From Acutalibacteraceae bacterium (GTDB lineage Bacteria; Bacillota; Clostridia; Oscillospirales; Acutalibacteraceae): a DNA stretch of 64,000 bases. How positions within the stretch are numbered: position 1 is the stretch's first letter; every line of letters starts with the position of its first letter. Position numbers and translations under genes: made by a program. This document shows positions 17,371 to 26,470 of this stretch, in pieces. The stretch lies in the NCBI GenBank assembly GCA_045586265.1, contig JAZMZY010000091.1, forward strand, positions 5,921-69,920, given 5' to 3'. The notes beneath the pieces were generated by a model. The model saw nothing but the letters and a program-made list of their open reading frames with translations, searched no databases and was not told the origin of the DNA.

Positions 17371-17408
17371 TTTTAAAACACCGACAGAACATCGACTGCT
17401 CTGTCGGT
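17371..17408 (-). terminator. Intrinsic terminator after clpE
   Basis: Minus strand stem ACCGACAGA/TCTGTCGGT with an 11 nt loop, then GTTTT. It begins 15 nt after the clpE stop and ends about 15 nt before the next start codon. Confidence 0.7.
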
Positions 17409-17422
17409 ATTTAATTTATTAT

Positions 17423-19732
17423 TTATGATTTAAAATCAACTGAAATTTTGCCGTCAACGGCAGTAACTGTGATTTCATTTACAAGTGCGCCTGCATTATC
17501 AATAAGAATATTAGCGATTTTATCTTCAACTTCTTTTCTTATTGTTCTTCTGATATCACGAGCACCTCTGCCTCCGTCCTCGGACAAATCAGCGATAATT
17601 TCATACACACCATCACCGACAACAAGGTCAATGCCCTTATCTTTTAGTGGTGATTTAAGCTCGCCTAAAAGAACCTCTGCAATCTTAACAAGCTCTTCCT
17701 TTCCGAGAGTGTTGAAGGTAACAATTTCATCAACTCTGCCTAAGAACTCGGGTCTTAAGAACTCCTTGAGAGCCTTCATTGTTTTATCCTTAGATGCCTG
17801 ATTCTTATCACGATTGAAGCCGAGAGCATTTTCAGAAATATGGCTACCCGCATTAGAGGTCATAATAATAACAGTATTTTCAAAGCTTACTGTTCTGCCC
17901 TGAGCATCGTTGGTTTTGCCTTCATCAAGAATCTGAAGAAGGATATTAAGAACATCAGGATGAGCCTTCTCAATTTCGTCAAAAAGAACAACTGAATAAG
18001 GCTTTCTTCTTACCTTTTCTGTAAGCTGACCTGCTTCATCATAGCCAACATAACCGGGAGGTGAGCCAATAAGACGGGAAACACTGTGCTTCTCCATAAA
18101 CTCGCTCATATCAAGGCGAATGAGAGTTTCGGGTGTTTCAAAAAGCTCATTAGCAAGCTGCTTTACAAGCTCAGTTTTACCAACGCCTGTGGGACCAACA
18201 AAGATAAAGGACGCAGGCTTTCTTACTGCGGAAATCTGCACTCTGCTTCGTCTGATAGCGGCGGCAAGGACCTCAATAGCTTCATCCTGACCGATAATTC
18301 TCTGTTTAAGCTTACTTTCAAGATTTGAAAGCTTTCTCATATCGTTTTCAATGATTTTTGATGTTGGAATACCTGTCCAGAGATTAATAACTCTTGCGAT
18401 ATCTTCTTCAGTAACATCGTTATCATCGGCTTTGATTTTAACCTGAGCAGCTTCCTTTTCGATAGCAATTTTTTCTGCCTTAAGATTTGAAATTGCTTCA
18501 TAATCAGGACCTTCCTCTGCAGTTGTATCAAGAAGCTCTTCCTCTCGCTCATTCAAATCCTCAAGCTTAGTCATAAGCTTCTGATAGTCGCTTATAGCTA
18601 CATTACGGAGATTCGCGCAAGTACAAGCTTCATCAAGAAGGTCAATTGCTTTATCAGGTAAAAATCTGTCATTAATATATCTTTCTGAAAGGTGCACTGC
18701 TCTGTAAACAAGTGCATCAGAAATTTTTACCTTATGGAAATCCTCATAGTATTCTTTGATACCAACAAGCATTTTAAAGCATTCTTCAACTGATGGCTCT
18801 TCAACCTTGACGGGCTGAAAACGTCTTTCAAGAGCGGCATCCTTTTCAATATGCTTTCTGTATTCATTAAAGGTTGTGGCACCGATAACCTGAATCTGAC
18901 CTCTTGAAAGAGCGGGTTTCAGGATGTTTGCGGCATTCATAGAGCCTTCCGCATCACCTGTGCCCACAAGGTTATGAACCTCGTCAATAAAGAGGATTAT
19001 ATTCCCCTCTTCCTTAACCTCATCAACAAGACCCTTGATTCTGCTTTCAAACTGACCTCGGAACTGAGTACCTGCAACAAGTGAGGTTAAATCAAGAAGA
19101 TGAATTTCCTTATCTGCAATTCTTGCAGGAACATCCCCTGCTGCAATTTTAAGAGCAAGCCCCTCTGCAATTGCGGTTTTACCTACACCGGGTTCACCTA
19201 TAAGGCAAGGGTTGTTTTTGGTTCTTCTGCAAAGAATCTGTGTTACTCTGTAAATCTCGGTTTCTCTGCCGATAATTCTGTCAATTTTACCGTCTCTTGC
19301 TCTTGCGGTAAGGTCGGTACAATAAGAATTCAGGAATTTTCTTTTTGTTTTATGTTTTTTCTTTTTCTTCTTAGCCTTATTATCTTCTTTTTCATTCTCA
19401 TCTTCATCTTCTGTAACTTCATTTTCAGCAGATGAATTATTACCCATCGGGTTATTATTGAGGAAATTCTGCATAAAAGGCATTGTTCCTGCGCCACCAA
19501 GCTGAAAATCATCAAGATTTTCCATCATATCACCGAACTGCTCGCTTACAGCATCGATATCGTCCTCAGTAATGCCCATACTCTGCATCATCTGTTTGAT
19601 GGGACCGATATTAAGCTCGGAAGCACATTTTATACAATAACCCTCCTGAGTGGTTTTATCACCATCAACGCGTGAAACGAAAATCACTGCAGGACGTTTT
19701 TTGCATTTACTGCATATCATTTTATTATTCAT
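17423..19732 (-). CDS. clpE: AAA+ Clp ATPase with an N-terminal zinc ribbon (ClpE-type)
   Basis: 769 aa. N-terminal CSKCKKRP...CIKC, two Walker A motifs ([16 protein letters not shown]), no Clp-N repeat, and an acidic/basic low-complexity linker. Confidence 0.85.
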   Translation of the reverse strand: MNNKMICSKCKKRPAVIFVSRVDGDKTTQEGYCIKCASELNIGPIKQMMQSMGITEDDIDAVSEQFGDMMENLDDFQLGGAGTMPFMQNFLNNNPMGNNSSAENEVTEDEDENEKEDNKAKKKKKKHKTKRKFLNSYCTDLTARARDGKIDRIIGRETEIYRVTQILCRRTKNNPCLIGEPGVGKTAIAEGLALKIAAGDVPARIADKEIHLLDLTSLVAGTQFRGQFESRIKGLVDEVKEEGNIILFIDEVHNLVGTGDAEGSMNAANILKPALSRGQIQVIGATTFNEYRKHIEKDAALERRFQPVKVEEPSVEECFKMLVGIKEYYEDFHKVKISDALVYRAVHLSERYINDRFLPDKAIDLLDEACTCANLRNVAISDYQKLMTKLEDLNEREEELLDTTAEEGPDYEAISNLKAEKIAIEKEAAQVKIKADDNDVTEEDIARVINLWTGIPTSKIIENDMRKLSNLESKLKQRIIGQDEAIEVLAAAIRRSRVQISAVRKPASFIFVGPTGVGKTELVKQLANELFETPETLIRLDMSEFMEKHSVSRLIGSPPGYVGYDEAGQLTEKVRRKPYSVVLFDEIEKAHPDVLNILLQILDEGKTNDAQGRTVSFENTVIIMTSNAGSHISENALGFNRDKNQASKDKTMKALKEFLRPEFLGRVDEIVTFNTLGKEELVKIAEVLLGELKSPLKDKGIDLVVGDGVYEIIADLSEDGGRGARDIRRTIRKEVEDKIANILIDNAGALVNEITVTAVDGKISVDFKS

Positions 19733-19766
19733 TTATTTCTCCCGGGAAAAGTATAATTCGTTTTAT

Positions 19767-20378
19767 TTATTTTTTGGCGAAACGTTCCTTAAACTGACGG
19801 AATGTTCCGGGAATATAGCTTGCAAAGGCTACAAGAGTTAGTATTGCCGAAATAATAACAAGTATCATCATTATAGCATTGGGAAGAGTAAACACTGTTC
19901 TGAAAACACCAACCTCAGGACCGAATGCAATAACTAAAATCATAATTGCATAGAAAGCAAAGGTTGCTACCTTGCCGTAGATTTCTGCTGCGCCGGGACG
20001 AATACCGCAAGCGAGCATAACCGCACCGCCTAAAACCATAACAATTTCTTTAACGATGAAAACAAGGAAAACCCAACTGAATGCTTTTAAGGTAGCATCC
20101 TGAGCCTTGTTAAATAACACAAACAAAAGCACAGCAAGCGTAACCTGAGTCAATTTATCTGCAACAGGGTCAAGCATTTTACCCAATGCACTGATTTGAT
20201 TGAATTTTCGAGCAATTTTACCATCAAAGAAGTCAGAAAGACCTGAAAGAACAAGTGTTAAAATAGCCCAACCATATTCCTGCCTGTAAAACAAAACTGC
20301 AAAAACAGGAATAAGAAGAATTCTTATAACACTGAGTAAATTCGGAATTGTCCAACAGCCTTTAAATAAATCTTTCAT
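19767..20378 (-). CDS. pgsA: CDP-diacylglycerol--glycerol-3-phosphate 3-phosphatidyltransferase
   Basis: CDP-alcohol phosphatidyltransferase motif SDFFDGKIARKFNQISALGKMLDPVADKL in a polytopic protein. Confidence 0.85.
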   Translation of the reverse strand: MKDLFKGCWTIPNLLSVIRILLIPVFAVLFYRQEYGWAILTLVLSGLSDFFDGKIARKFNQISALGKMLDPVADKLTQVTLAVLLFVLFNKAQDATLKAFSWVFLVFIVKEIVMVLGGAVMLACGIRPGAAEIYGKVATFAFYAIMILVIAFGPEVGVFRTVFTLPNAIMMILVIISAILTLVAFASYIPGTFRQFKERFAKK

Positions 20379-20389
20379 TTTCCTTCTCC

Positions 20390-21097
20390 TTAACCAATAA
20401 GACTAATAATGGGATTGTTTTCAACAATAAATTTATAGATAAATGAATTGTTAACTGCCTCAATTACAGGTGCGGCACCTGATATACCTGCAATAAAATA
20501 GAAGGCTGTGCAACCTATGTAAACAATAGCAAGTGCCTTAACAACACCAACAACACCGCCAAGTAAAGCATTGAATTTTCCTAAAAGAGGAATATCGTTT
20601 GCTTTTTTGAAAATACCGGCAACAAATTTTAAAGCGAGGGTAATCACAATAAACAAAGCAATAAATGTAACAACCTCGGTTACATTAATCATTATTGTGT
20701 GGCCAATTTTATCAACCGCAAGCTTTATAAGCTCATCATCAGAAAGACTACCTGCTGTGTTCATAGAACTGCTTAATGAGGTCATATCAACGCCCATAAT
20801 CTGTGCAAGCTTAACTGCACCCTGTGGAAGACCATCAATCATAGCATTGATTTTTTCAGTAACACTCAAGGTTGATGAAATATCATCAAGCACTCTTGTA
20901 AATCGGGTTTCAACAAGGTCACGAACCAAGAGATTATACGCACTTTCTGCAACGCCCTCAAAAATCTTATGAGAAACTATTGCGGAAATCACAACTGCAA
21001 AGGTATCAATAATTGTTGAAAGGAAGCCTTTTTTATAAGCAAGGCTCACCAGAAACACAAACAATACTACAATTAAAATATCAATAATATACGCCAT
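20390..21097 (-). CDS. cvpA: CvpA-family membrane protein
   Basis: 235 aa, N-terminal MAYIIDILIVVLFVFLVSLAYKKGFLSTIID with 4-5 TM helices. Assigned by family recollection. Confidence 0.6.
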   Translation of the reverse strand: MAYIIDILIVVLFVFLVSLAYKKGFLSTIIDTFAVVISAIVSHKIFEGVAESAYNLLVRDLVETRFTRVLDDISSTLSVTEKINAMIDGLPQGAVKLAQIMGVDMTSLSSSMNTAGSLSDDELIKLAVDKIGHTIMINVTEVVTFIALFIVITLALKFVAGIFKKANDIPLLGKFNALLGGVVGVVKALAIVYIGCTAFYFIAGISGAAPVIEAVNNSFIYKFIVENNPIISLIG

Positions 21098-21116
21098 AAA
21101 AACAACTCCTTTAAGA

Positions 21117-22328
21117 TTAATTACTCAATTCAACTGTGGCGTTACCGTATGAAAAGCAACGGCTTATTTTATCTAAAGAAACGATATAGATATATTTATC
21201 GGTTGCCATAATGCTTTTAGCTTCACCCTTTATATCTATTCTGCTTATTTCTCTTCCACTCAAATTATATACTAATATATAATTTTCGGCAAGAGCAAAA
21301 ATATATTTATCACTCATTATAACATCTTTTACAGGGCAGGAAACAGAAATCTGTGACTTTTCCTTACCCTTGGGTGAATAAATTGAAATTACGAAATTGT
21401 TTGCACTGCCGTATTTTGCTAAAGAAACAATATATTTACCATTAACTGAGCTATCATAAGAATTAAATTCCGATGAATAATATTGGGTTGCGGTTTCGAA
21501 TTTTCCACCTTTTTTAGTTATCATATAAACACCTGTATCAGAATACAGAGTTAATGTGTTTGTGGCAGTAAATTCCAAATCAAAGGCTGCGGCACCTGAA
21601 ATTTTCTGACTGTTTAAAGCCTCCTGATAATCGAACCCGAAATACTCAACATTAGTGAATATTTCGCCGTTTTCTGTGCCAAGAGCCGCAACGCCTGCAA
21701 ATTTGCCGTTAGGCGCCAATGCTATTGAAGCTATATGCTCATAAGCACAATTCCACTGAAAAATAATCTTGTTGGTTGCGGAATAAACAGTCAATTTGCT
21801 TGTTGACTCTTCACCCCTGGTGCCGATTGCATAATTCCCGCCTTCACCGTATTCGGCACATATTATAGCGTTGGGGGCTTCACCTGAATAAACCACCTTT
21901 TTCTCATTAATTAGAGAATATGATTTATAGCCTCTGTCAAACACAACGGCTTTATCGCCATTAACTGATACCGCCGGTGAAGCATAGCTATGAGGCTGAG
22001 AGTATGTAAGCTTACCGCCTTTTGAATAAACGGAGAAATTTTCCGTTGTAAGAATAAGAATACTATCACCTAATATGACAGTATTAATAGTTGAATCAGT
22101 GTTAATTGATATCGGCAAATTACTGCCGTCCTGCCGTATAAATGATGAAGCACGGGCAGTAATTGCATCGAATGGCACAATTCCCACAGAGGAAAGTATA
22201 AAAACGAAAAAGAAAACAGCAACAAGGACTGCGGCAATAATCATTTTGCTTTTTGTTTTCTGAGAAAATCGTGAAACTCGCCCGTAGCCTGTAAATCCAC
22301 TGTTCAATTCTGTTAATTTAACCTTCAA
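21117..22328 (-). CDS. Membrane-anchored hypothetical protein with a repetitive beta-rich domain (DUF5711-like)
   Basis: One N-terminal TM helix, then repeated Y/S/G-rich beta-strand-like units. I prefer the TTG start at 22328 (8 nt after GGAGG) over the GTG at 22337, which has no spacer. Confidence 0.6.
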   Translation of the reverse strand: MKVKLTELNSGFTGYGRVSRFSQKTKSKMIIAAVLVAVFFFVFILSSVGIVPFDAITARASSFIRQDGSNLPISINTDSTINTVILGDSILILTTENFSVYSKGGKLTYSQPHSYASPAVSVNGDKAVVFDRGYKSYSLINEKKVVYSGEAPNAIICAEYGEGGNYAIGTRGEESTSKLTVYSATNKIIFQWNCAYEHIASIALAPNGKFAGVAALGTENGEIFTNVEYFGFDYQEALNSQKISGAAAFDLEFTATNTLTLYSDTGVYMITKKGGKFETATQYYSSEFNSYDSSVNGKYIVSLAKYGSANNFVISIYSPKGKEKSQISVSCPVKDVIMSDKYIFALAENYILVYNLSGREISRIDIKGEAKSIMATDKYIYIVSLDKISRCFSYGNATVELSN

Positions 22329-23076
22329 GTGCTTCACCTCCGTAATAAACCTTGTTTAAATATAGTCCGTCAGGAATTGCGGTAATTCCTGCTTTAGTGC
22401 GATCACCACTTTCAATTATTGCGGGAATATCCTCTGCATTTATTTTACCGTTAGCAACATATAAAAGAGTACCCGCCATTATACGCACCATATTATAAAG
22501 AAAACCGTTACCGCAAACTCTGAACTTAATAAAATCGCCTTCACGAACAACACTTGCGCTATATATTGTTCTTACCTTTGAATTAACCTGAGCATCTGCA
22601 GCACAAAATGCGGAAAAATCATAAGTTCCCACAAAACTCTGAGCCGCTTTATTGAGCAATTCAACATCTGCATTATATTTATAATGCATCGCCCTTTTAT
22701 ACATAAACGGCGAGGGCACTTCAGTATTTTCGATTATGTATTCATACTCCTTCTTTTCGCAATCAAAACGGGCATTGAATTCATAATCAACCTCTTTGCA
22801 GGAATACACCGAAATTTCTTTCGGTAGCTTTGCAGAAGAGAGGGCAACGGGAAAGCTTTGTGCAGGAATGGTTGAAGCAGTTCGCACATTAAAATAATAT
22901 TCATTGGCGTGAACACCTGCATCGGTACGACTGCAACCGATTATATTGGGTACTTCACCCGTAAGGCTTTCCCAAGCCTTTTTCAACTCACCCTGAACAG
23001 TAGCTGCATTATCCTGCTGTTGCCAACCGTGAAAAGCAGAACCGTCAAAGGCGATTTTAAACAGTAAATTTCTCAT
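22318..23076 (-). CDS. truA: tRNA pseudouridine(38-40) synthase
   Basis: MRNLLFKIAFDGSAFHGWQQQ...GCSRTDAGVHAN. Confidence 0.92.
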   Translation of the reverse strand: MRNLLFKIAFDGSAFHGWQQQDNAATVQGELKKAWESLTGEVPNIIGCSRTDAGVHANEYYFNVRTASTIPAQSFPVALSSAKLPKEISVYSCKEVDYEFNARFDCEKKEYEYIIENTEVPSPFMYKRAMHYKYNADVELLNKAAQSFVGTYDFSAFCAADAQVNSKVRTIYSASVVREGDFIKFRVCGNGFLYNMVRIMAGTLLYVANGKINAEDIPAIIESGDRTKAGITAIPDGLYLNKVYYGGEALEG

Positions 23077-23079
23077 AAA

Positions 23080-23895
23080 TCAAATCACATTTTTAAAATA
23101 TATATTCAAGAAAATTATTGCTGAGCAAACAACAGCCATAATAACAAAAGCAACAACATCGCCATGTGTCATTTTCATTTGTCTTAACCTTGTTCTGCCC
23201 TCGCCACCTGTGTAGCAACGGCAGGACATAGCATCAGTAAGCTCAATTGCCCTTTTGAACGCAGAAATGAAAAGCGGAATAAAAATCGGGAACAAAGCCT
23301 TTATTCTGGCTATTAAATTACCGCTTTCAAAATCTGCACCTCTCGCCTTCTGGGCAGACATAATTCTGTCAATTTCATCAATAAGAGTGGGAATAAACCT
23401 CAAGGCAATCGTCATCATCATTGCAAATGTGTGAACATCAACCTTAAGCGCTTTTAAAGGTGATAAAAGCTTTTCGATTGCATCTGTTAAATCCGTTGGT
23501 GAGGTTGTGTAGGTTAAAAGAGAGCTCATTAAAAGCAATGCGAAAATTCTTACAACAATAAAAATTGCCATAAAAATGCCACCATCGGTTATGGTGATAA
23601 ATTTCCATTCCAAAAGAACATTACCCTCTTTAACATAGTAAATCTGCAAAGCAGTTGTAAGCAGAACAATCGGCAAAAGAGGCTTGAAGCTTTTTAAAAC
23701 AAGCTTTGGTGAAAGCCTTGTCATAAAAAATACAATAACCGAAAATGCACCTAAAAGTCCTAAAGACCAGAAATTCTGACAAACAAAAATAAAAATAATA
23801 AATATAAATGTCAGAATAATCTTTGTTCGTGCATCTAATCTATGAATTGGTGAGCTACCGGGGAAAAACTGACCTATTGTAATATCCTTAATCAT
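23080..23895 (-). CDS. ecfT: ECF transporter transmembrane component
   Basis: 271 aa polytopic protein with ARGA in SAQKARGADFES. It overlaps ecfA2 by 4 nt. Confidence 0.9.
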   Translation of the reverse strand: MIKDITIGQFFPGSSPIHRLDARTKIILTFIFIIFIFVCQNFWSLGLLGAFSVIVFFMTRLSPKLVLKSFKPLLPIVLLTTALQIYYVKEGNVLLEWKFITITDGGIFMAIFIVVRIFALLLMSSLLTYTTSPTDLTDAIEKLLSPLKALKVDVHTFAMMMTIALRFIPTLIDEIDRIMSAQKARGADFESGNLIARIKALFPIFIPLFISAFKRAIELTDAMSCRCYTGGEGRTRLRQMKMTHGDVVAFVIMAVVCSAIIFLNIYFKNVI

Positions 23896-24755
23896 ATTTC
23901 TTCCCCCTTACCTAAAAATTTTAAAATAGCATTCTTAGCATTTTCAACTGTATAAGCAGTTGCACCCAAATCGAAGCCATTTTTCTTAAGCTCAAGGAAG
24001 ATATTTGTAATTTCAGGCACATCAAGACCTAATCCGGCAAGCAATTCACCTTCAGAATAAACCTGTTCAACTGTTCCTGAAACCGCAACCTGCCCCTTAT
24101 TCATAACTATAACTCTGTCCGCAACGCAAGCAACATCATCCATATTATGAGAAACAAAGATAACTGTATTACCTGTTGAATGGTTATAATCCTTTATAAG
24201 CTTCAAAAGTGCATTTTTACCCATAGGGTCAAGTCCTGCAGTAGGCTCATCAAGAATAAGAACCTTGGGCTCCATAGCAATTACGCCTGCAATTGCAACC
24301 CTTCTTTTTTCACCACCTGAAAGGTCAAATGGTGATTTCTGAAGATAATCCTCGGAAAGACCGACATACGAAATTGCTGAATAAACCCTGCTTTTGATTT
24401 CATCCTCTGAAAGCCCCATATTTTTAGGTCCGAAGGCAATATCCTTATAAACAGTTGATTCAAAAAGCTGTTGCTCGGGATATTGGAAGCAAAGCCCCAC
24501 ATTAAAGCGACATTTGCGAAGCGCTTCTTTTGAAGAATGAATATCAACACCTTCAAAGAGCACCTTACCCGAATCCGCTTTTAAAAGACCGTTCAGGTGT
24601 TGTAAAAGTGTGCTTTTACCTGAGCCGGTATGACCGATAAGAGCAACAATTTCACCTTGCTCAAAGTCAATGGTAACACCCCTTAAAGCACCCGTTTCAA
24701 AAGGGGTACCCTTGGAATAGCCATATATTAAATTGTCCACTGAAAGAACGGACAT
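23892..24755 (-). CDS. ecfA2: ECF transporter ATPase A2
   Basis: Walker A GHTGSGKST, signature LSGGEKRR, Walker B ILDEPT. Confidence 0.9.
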   Translation of the reverse strand: MSVLSVDNLIYGYSKGTPFETGALRGVTIDFEQGEIVALIGHTGSGKSTLLQHLNGLLKADSGKVLFEGVDIHSSKEALRKCRFNVGLCFQYPEQQLFESTVYKDIAFGPKNMGLSEDEIKSRVYSAISYVGLSEDYLQKSPFDLSGGEKRRVAIAGVIAMEPKVLILDEPTAGLDPMGKNALLKLIKDYNHSTGNTVIFVSHNMDDVACVADRVIVMNKGQVAVSGTVEQVYSEGELLAGLGLDVPEITNIFLELKKNGFDLGATAYTVENAKNAILKFLGKGEEI

Positions 24756-24758
24756 AAT

Positions 24759-25607
24759 TTAACCTCTGTTATCAATATAATTTTTAAATAATTCTATAAA
24801 TTCTTCTGCAGTAAGAGGTGTTTCCTTTAAATCAACACCACTCTCTTTTAAGGAAGCTGCAAGCTCCATTGGTTTAGGAACAGCAAGTCCGATTTTTTTC
24901 AAAAGCTCTGAATGAGCGAAAACCTCCTCAGGTGTACCATCAAGGCAAGCCTTACCGTCATTCATTACCACTACCCTGTCAGCCTTAACCGCTTCATCCA
25001 TAAAGTGAGTAACAAGAATAACAGAAATACCTAAATCGTTTTTCAATTTTAAAAGAGCATTCATTACCTCTTGCCTGCCCTTAGGGTCAAGCATAGCGGT
25101 AGGCTCATCAAGAACAATGCAATTTGTTTGCATTGCGATAACACCTGCAATTGCTACTCTTTGCTTCTGACCGCCTGAAAGACGGTGAGGCTCGTGCTTT
25201 CTGTAATCATACATATCAACAAGCTTCAACGCTTCATCAACACGCCTTCTGATTTCGTCACGAGGCACACCTAAATTCTCGGGACCAAAGGCAACATCAT
25301 CCTCGACAATGGTTGCAACAATCTGATTATCGGGATTCTGAAAAACCATTCCGACTTTTCGTCTTATGGGTATTTCATTTTTTTCATCAGAAGTATTATA
25401 ACCATAGGTTGTAACACTTCCGCTTGTGGGATATTCCAAAGCATTTATAAGCTTTGCCATTGTTGATTTACCCGAGCCGTTATGACCGAGCACGCAAGTG
25501 AACTGACCCTCATAAAAATCAAGAGTCAAGCCGTTTAAAGCATCACTTTCTTCATCGGCATAACGAAAACCAACATTTTTGAATTCAATAATTTTATTCA
25601 TACTCAT
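24759..25607 (-). CDS. ecfA1: ECF transporter ATPase A1
   Basis: Walker A GHNGSGKST, signature LSGGQKQR, Walker B VLDEPT. The start MSMNK at 25607 forms an ATGA overlap with the upstream stop. Confidence 0.9.
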   Translation of the reverse strand: MSMNKIIEFKNVGFRYADEESDALNGLTLDFYEGQFTCVLGHNGSGKSTMAKLINALEYPTSGSVTTYGYNTSDEKNEIPIRRKVGMVFQNPDNQIVATIVEDDVAFGPENLGVPRDEIRRRVDEALKLVDMYDYRKHEPHRLSGGQKQRVAIAGVIAMQTNCIVLDEPTAMLDPKGRQEVMNALLKLKNDLGISVILVTHFMDEAVKADRVVVMNDGKACLDGTPEEVFAHSELLKKIGLAVPKPMELAASLKESGVDLKETPLTAEEFIELFKNYIDNRG

Positions 25608-26470
25608 TTTGTCCACACTGCAGTAGAGCCACAAGGAAGAACAAGACCACTATCGGTTACCTTGAGACCGATTTCATCTGCGGTGGCAAATCCTCCGAAT
25701 CGCTTAGCTACTGTTGAATTTAATATGTAACTCATAACTGCGGGAGAAACACCTGCAGTATAGGAATTAATAAGCACTGCCAGGGAATTATCAGTCAACA
25801 ACTCGCAACACTGATTAACAAAGCCATAAATTTCATTTTCAAGCTTCCAGACCTCGCCACCGGGACCTCTGCCATAGGATGGCGGATCCATAATTATTAT
25901 GTCATATTTATTGCCTCTTCTGATTTCACGGGCAACAAACTTCATACAATCATCAACAATCCAACGGACGCTTCTGTCTGCAACCCCTGATGAAGAGGCA
26001 TTTTCCTTTGCCCACTGAACCATACCCTTTGAAGCATCAACATGAACAACAGATGCGCCCTTTAAAAGAGCGGAAACTGTTGCAGCACCTGTGTATGCAA
26101 AAAGGTTAAGAACCTTAACATCCGTTCTTCCGCTTTTTTCAATAATATCTGCAACCAAATCCCAGTTACAAGCCTGCTCGGGAAAAACACCGGTATGCTT
26201 GAAGCCCATTGGCTTAAGATTGAATTTTAAATCTCTGTAACCAATCTGCCACACCTCAGGAATTTGTCTGTAAAACTCCCAGGAGCCACCACCCTGATTT
26301 GAGCGGTGATACCTTGCATGAGCTTTTTTCCACATTGGATTTGTTCTGTTAGTGTTCCAAAGTGCCTGAGGGTCGGGTCTTATAAGAAAAATATCTCCCC
26401 AACGTTCAAGGCGTTCACCATCGGAACAATCTATAAGCTCGTAATCCTTCCAAAAGTCAGAAACCCGCAT
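25604..26470 (-). CDS. Class I SAM-dependent methyltransferase (RlmI/RlmK-like)
   Basis: LNLFAYTGAATVSALLKGASVVHVDASKGMVQWAKENA and IIMDPPSYGRG motifs. Confidence 0.8.
   Translation of the reverse strand: MRVSDFWKDYELIDCSDGERLERWGDIFLIRPDPQALWNTNRTNPMWKKAHARYHRSNQGGGSWEFYRQIPEVWQIGYRDLKFNLKPMGFKHTGVFPEQACNWDLVADIIEKSGRTDVKVLNLFAYTGAATVSALLKGASVVHVDASKGMVQWAKENASSSGVADRSVRWIVDDCMKFVAREIRRGNKYDIIIMDPPSYGRGPGGEVWKLENEIYGFVNQCCELLTDNSLAVLINSYTAGVSPAVMSYILNSTVAKRFGGFATADEIGLKVTDSGLVLPCGSTAVWTK

Noticed and set aside
17357-17392. The longer N-terminus (MFCRCFKINGYC...) that the ORF track gives for the GTPase-NYN gene.
   Set aside because: The ATG at 17392 lies inside the clpE terminator structure, and the extension is not GTPase-like. 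MKKVVVGIIAHVDAGKTT at 17356 is the canonical distance from the P-loop.
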